From: the human T2T-CHM13v2.0 reference genome, Homo sapiens
Length of the DNA stretch: 64,000 bases
Reading direction: 5' to 3' (one strand)
NCBI RefSeq assembly: GCF_009914755.1
Contig: NC_060938.1
Shown here: positions 63,194-64,000 of the stretch, one piece after another
Numbering within the stretch: position 1 is the first letter of the stretch
How the letters are laid out: each line of letters opens with the position of its first letter
Notes under the pieces: generated by a model
What the model was told of the DNA's origin: nothing
What the model saw: the letters and a program-made list of their open reading frames with translations, nothing else
The model's database searches: none
Position numbers and translations under genes: made by a program

Positions 63194-64000
63194 GTGGTTT
63201 TCTACATTGCAAATAGAGGTCATTTTTTGCTTATAAAGGTTTATAAAGGGTTTTTATAATAAATAACATAAATCACAGCTTCTCATTTATAAAAGATATT
63301 AAATACTGAAAAAATTAATAATCATAATTTATAATATTTTCCCTTTAAAGATAACTTGAAAATGAGATAATAGAAACATAGACGCCAGACTCTTTGCTGT
63401 TGGAAGAGGCTGAGAAGTCAATTGGCAGTTGAACCTGCCAATCTTAGTAGAATCCTTTAGAAAACATTCTTGATGGGACAGCCCTCAGCTCTGCTTAAAC
63501 ACTTGAATATTGGAGACCTCATTATTTCACATCTGTCTTGCATATTTCAAGACACATCAAAACAAGAAAGATGTGCATGGTGATCATAAAGTCACATGGA
63601 ACCCATGATCCTGTACAAACTAGATAAAATGTGAGTAACGTGGAGGGGCTCTTCTAATTACTTGTTGGTCAAGTAGAAAATAAACTGTACTAGCTAAACT
63701 GCTTTCTCAAGTTTCCATTTTAGGTATTTCTACTGTTTGCCCACTGCCTAGTAGACTGCTGGAGTTCACTATAGGAAAAGTAAATATTGTCATTTCAAAT
63801 AAAGCACTGTTTATTATATAACAGAACAGAGGCTGCTTTCTATTTTTGAGACTCTGCTAAATTAATTGCGGACAGTAGCCAAAGCAGCTGCCCAGGAGAT
63901 GGTGTTTTCCAACAGCTGCGGTTCTTAAAGCTAAACTGGGATTCATGTTTGTCTATAATGTGGCATCACATTGTTCTTTTCATCAAATGTATTTGGCTGC

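Overview
Primate, almost certainly human, genomic DNA containing the complete two-exon SIX1 homeobox gene on the minus strand (CDS 47646-47087 joined to 45036-44742; 855 nt, 284 aa). The gene lies in a ~23 kb Alu-free block with several CpG islands, flanked by repeat-rich intergenic DNA (about 25 Alus, LTR elements, a Tigger, L1 fragments, an RPS15A processed pseudogene and a 5' U3 snoRNA fragment). SIX1 is the only protein-coding gene I can support; the other ORFs in the track come from repeats, antisense shadows or GC-rich chance. I found no new gene system. The most striking structure is a ~1.58 kb almost perfect inverted duplication (2984-4565 and 10124-11705, one mismatch seen) of part of an old THE1C-type LTR element, enclosing ~5.6 kb. 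This is an invertible cassette ~33-42 kb 3' of the SIX1 stop codon, and it is probably an already catalogued polymorphic inversion. Its donor sits in a three-layer nest (L1ME > ERVL with a readable RT fossil > THE1C). Other points: a consensus CTCF site, a young AluYa5 inverted against an AluY, an internally inverted Alu, a plus-strand micro-exon candidate and motif clusters that look like enhancers. Repeat subfamily names and motif calls were made by eye and need computational confirmation.
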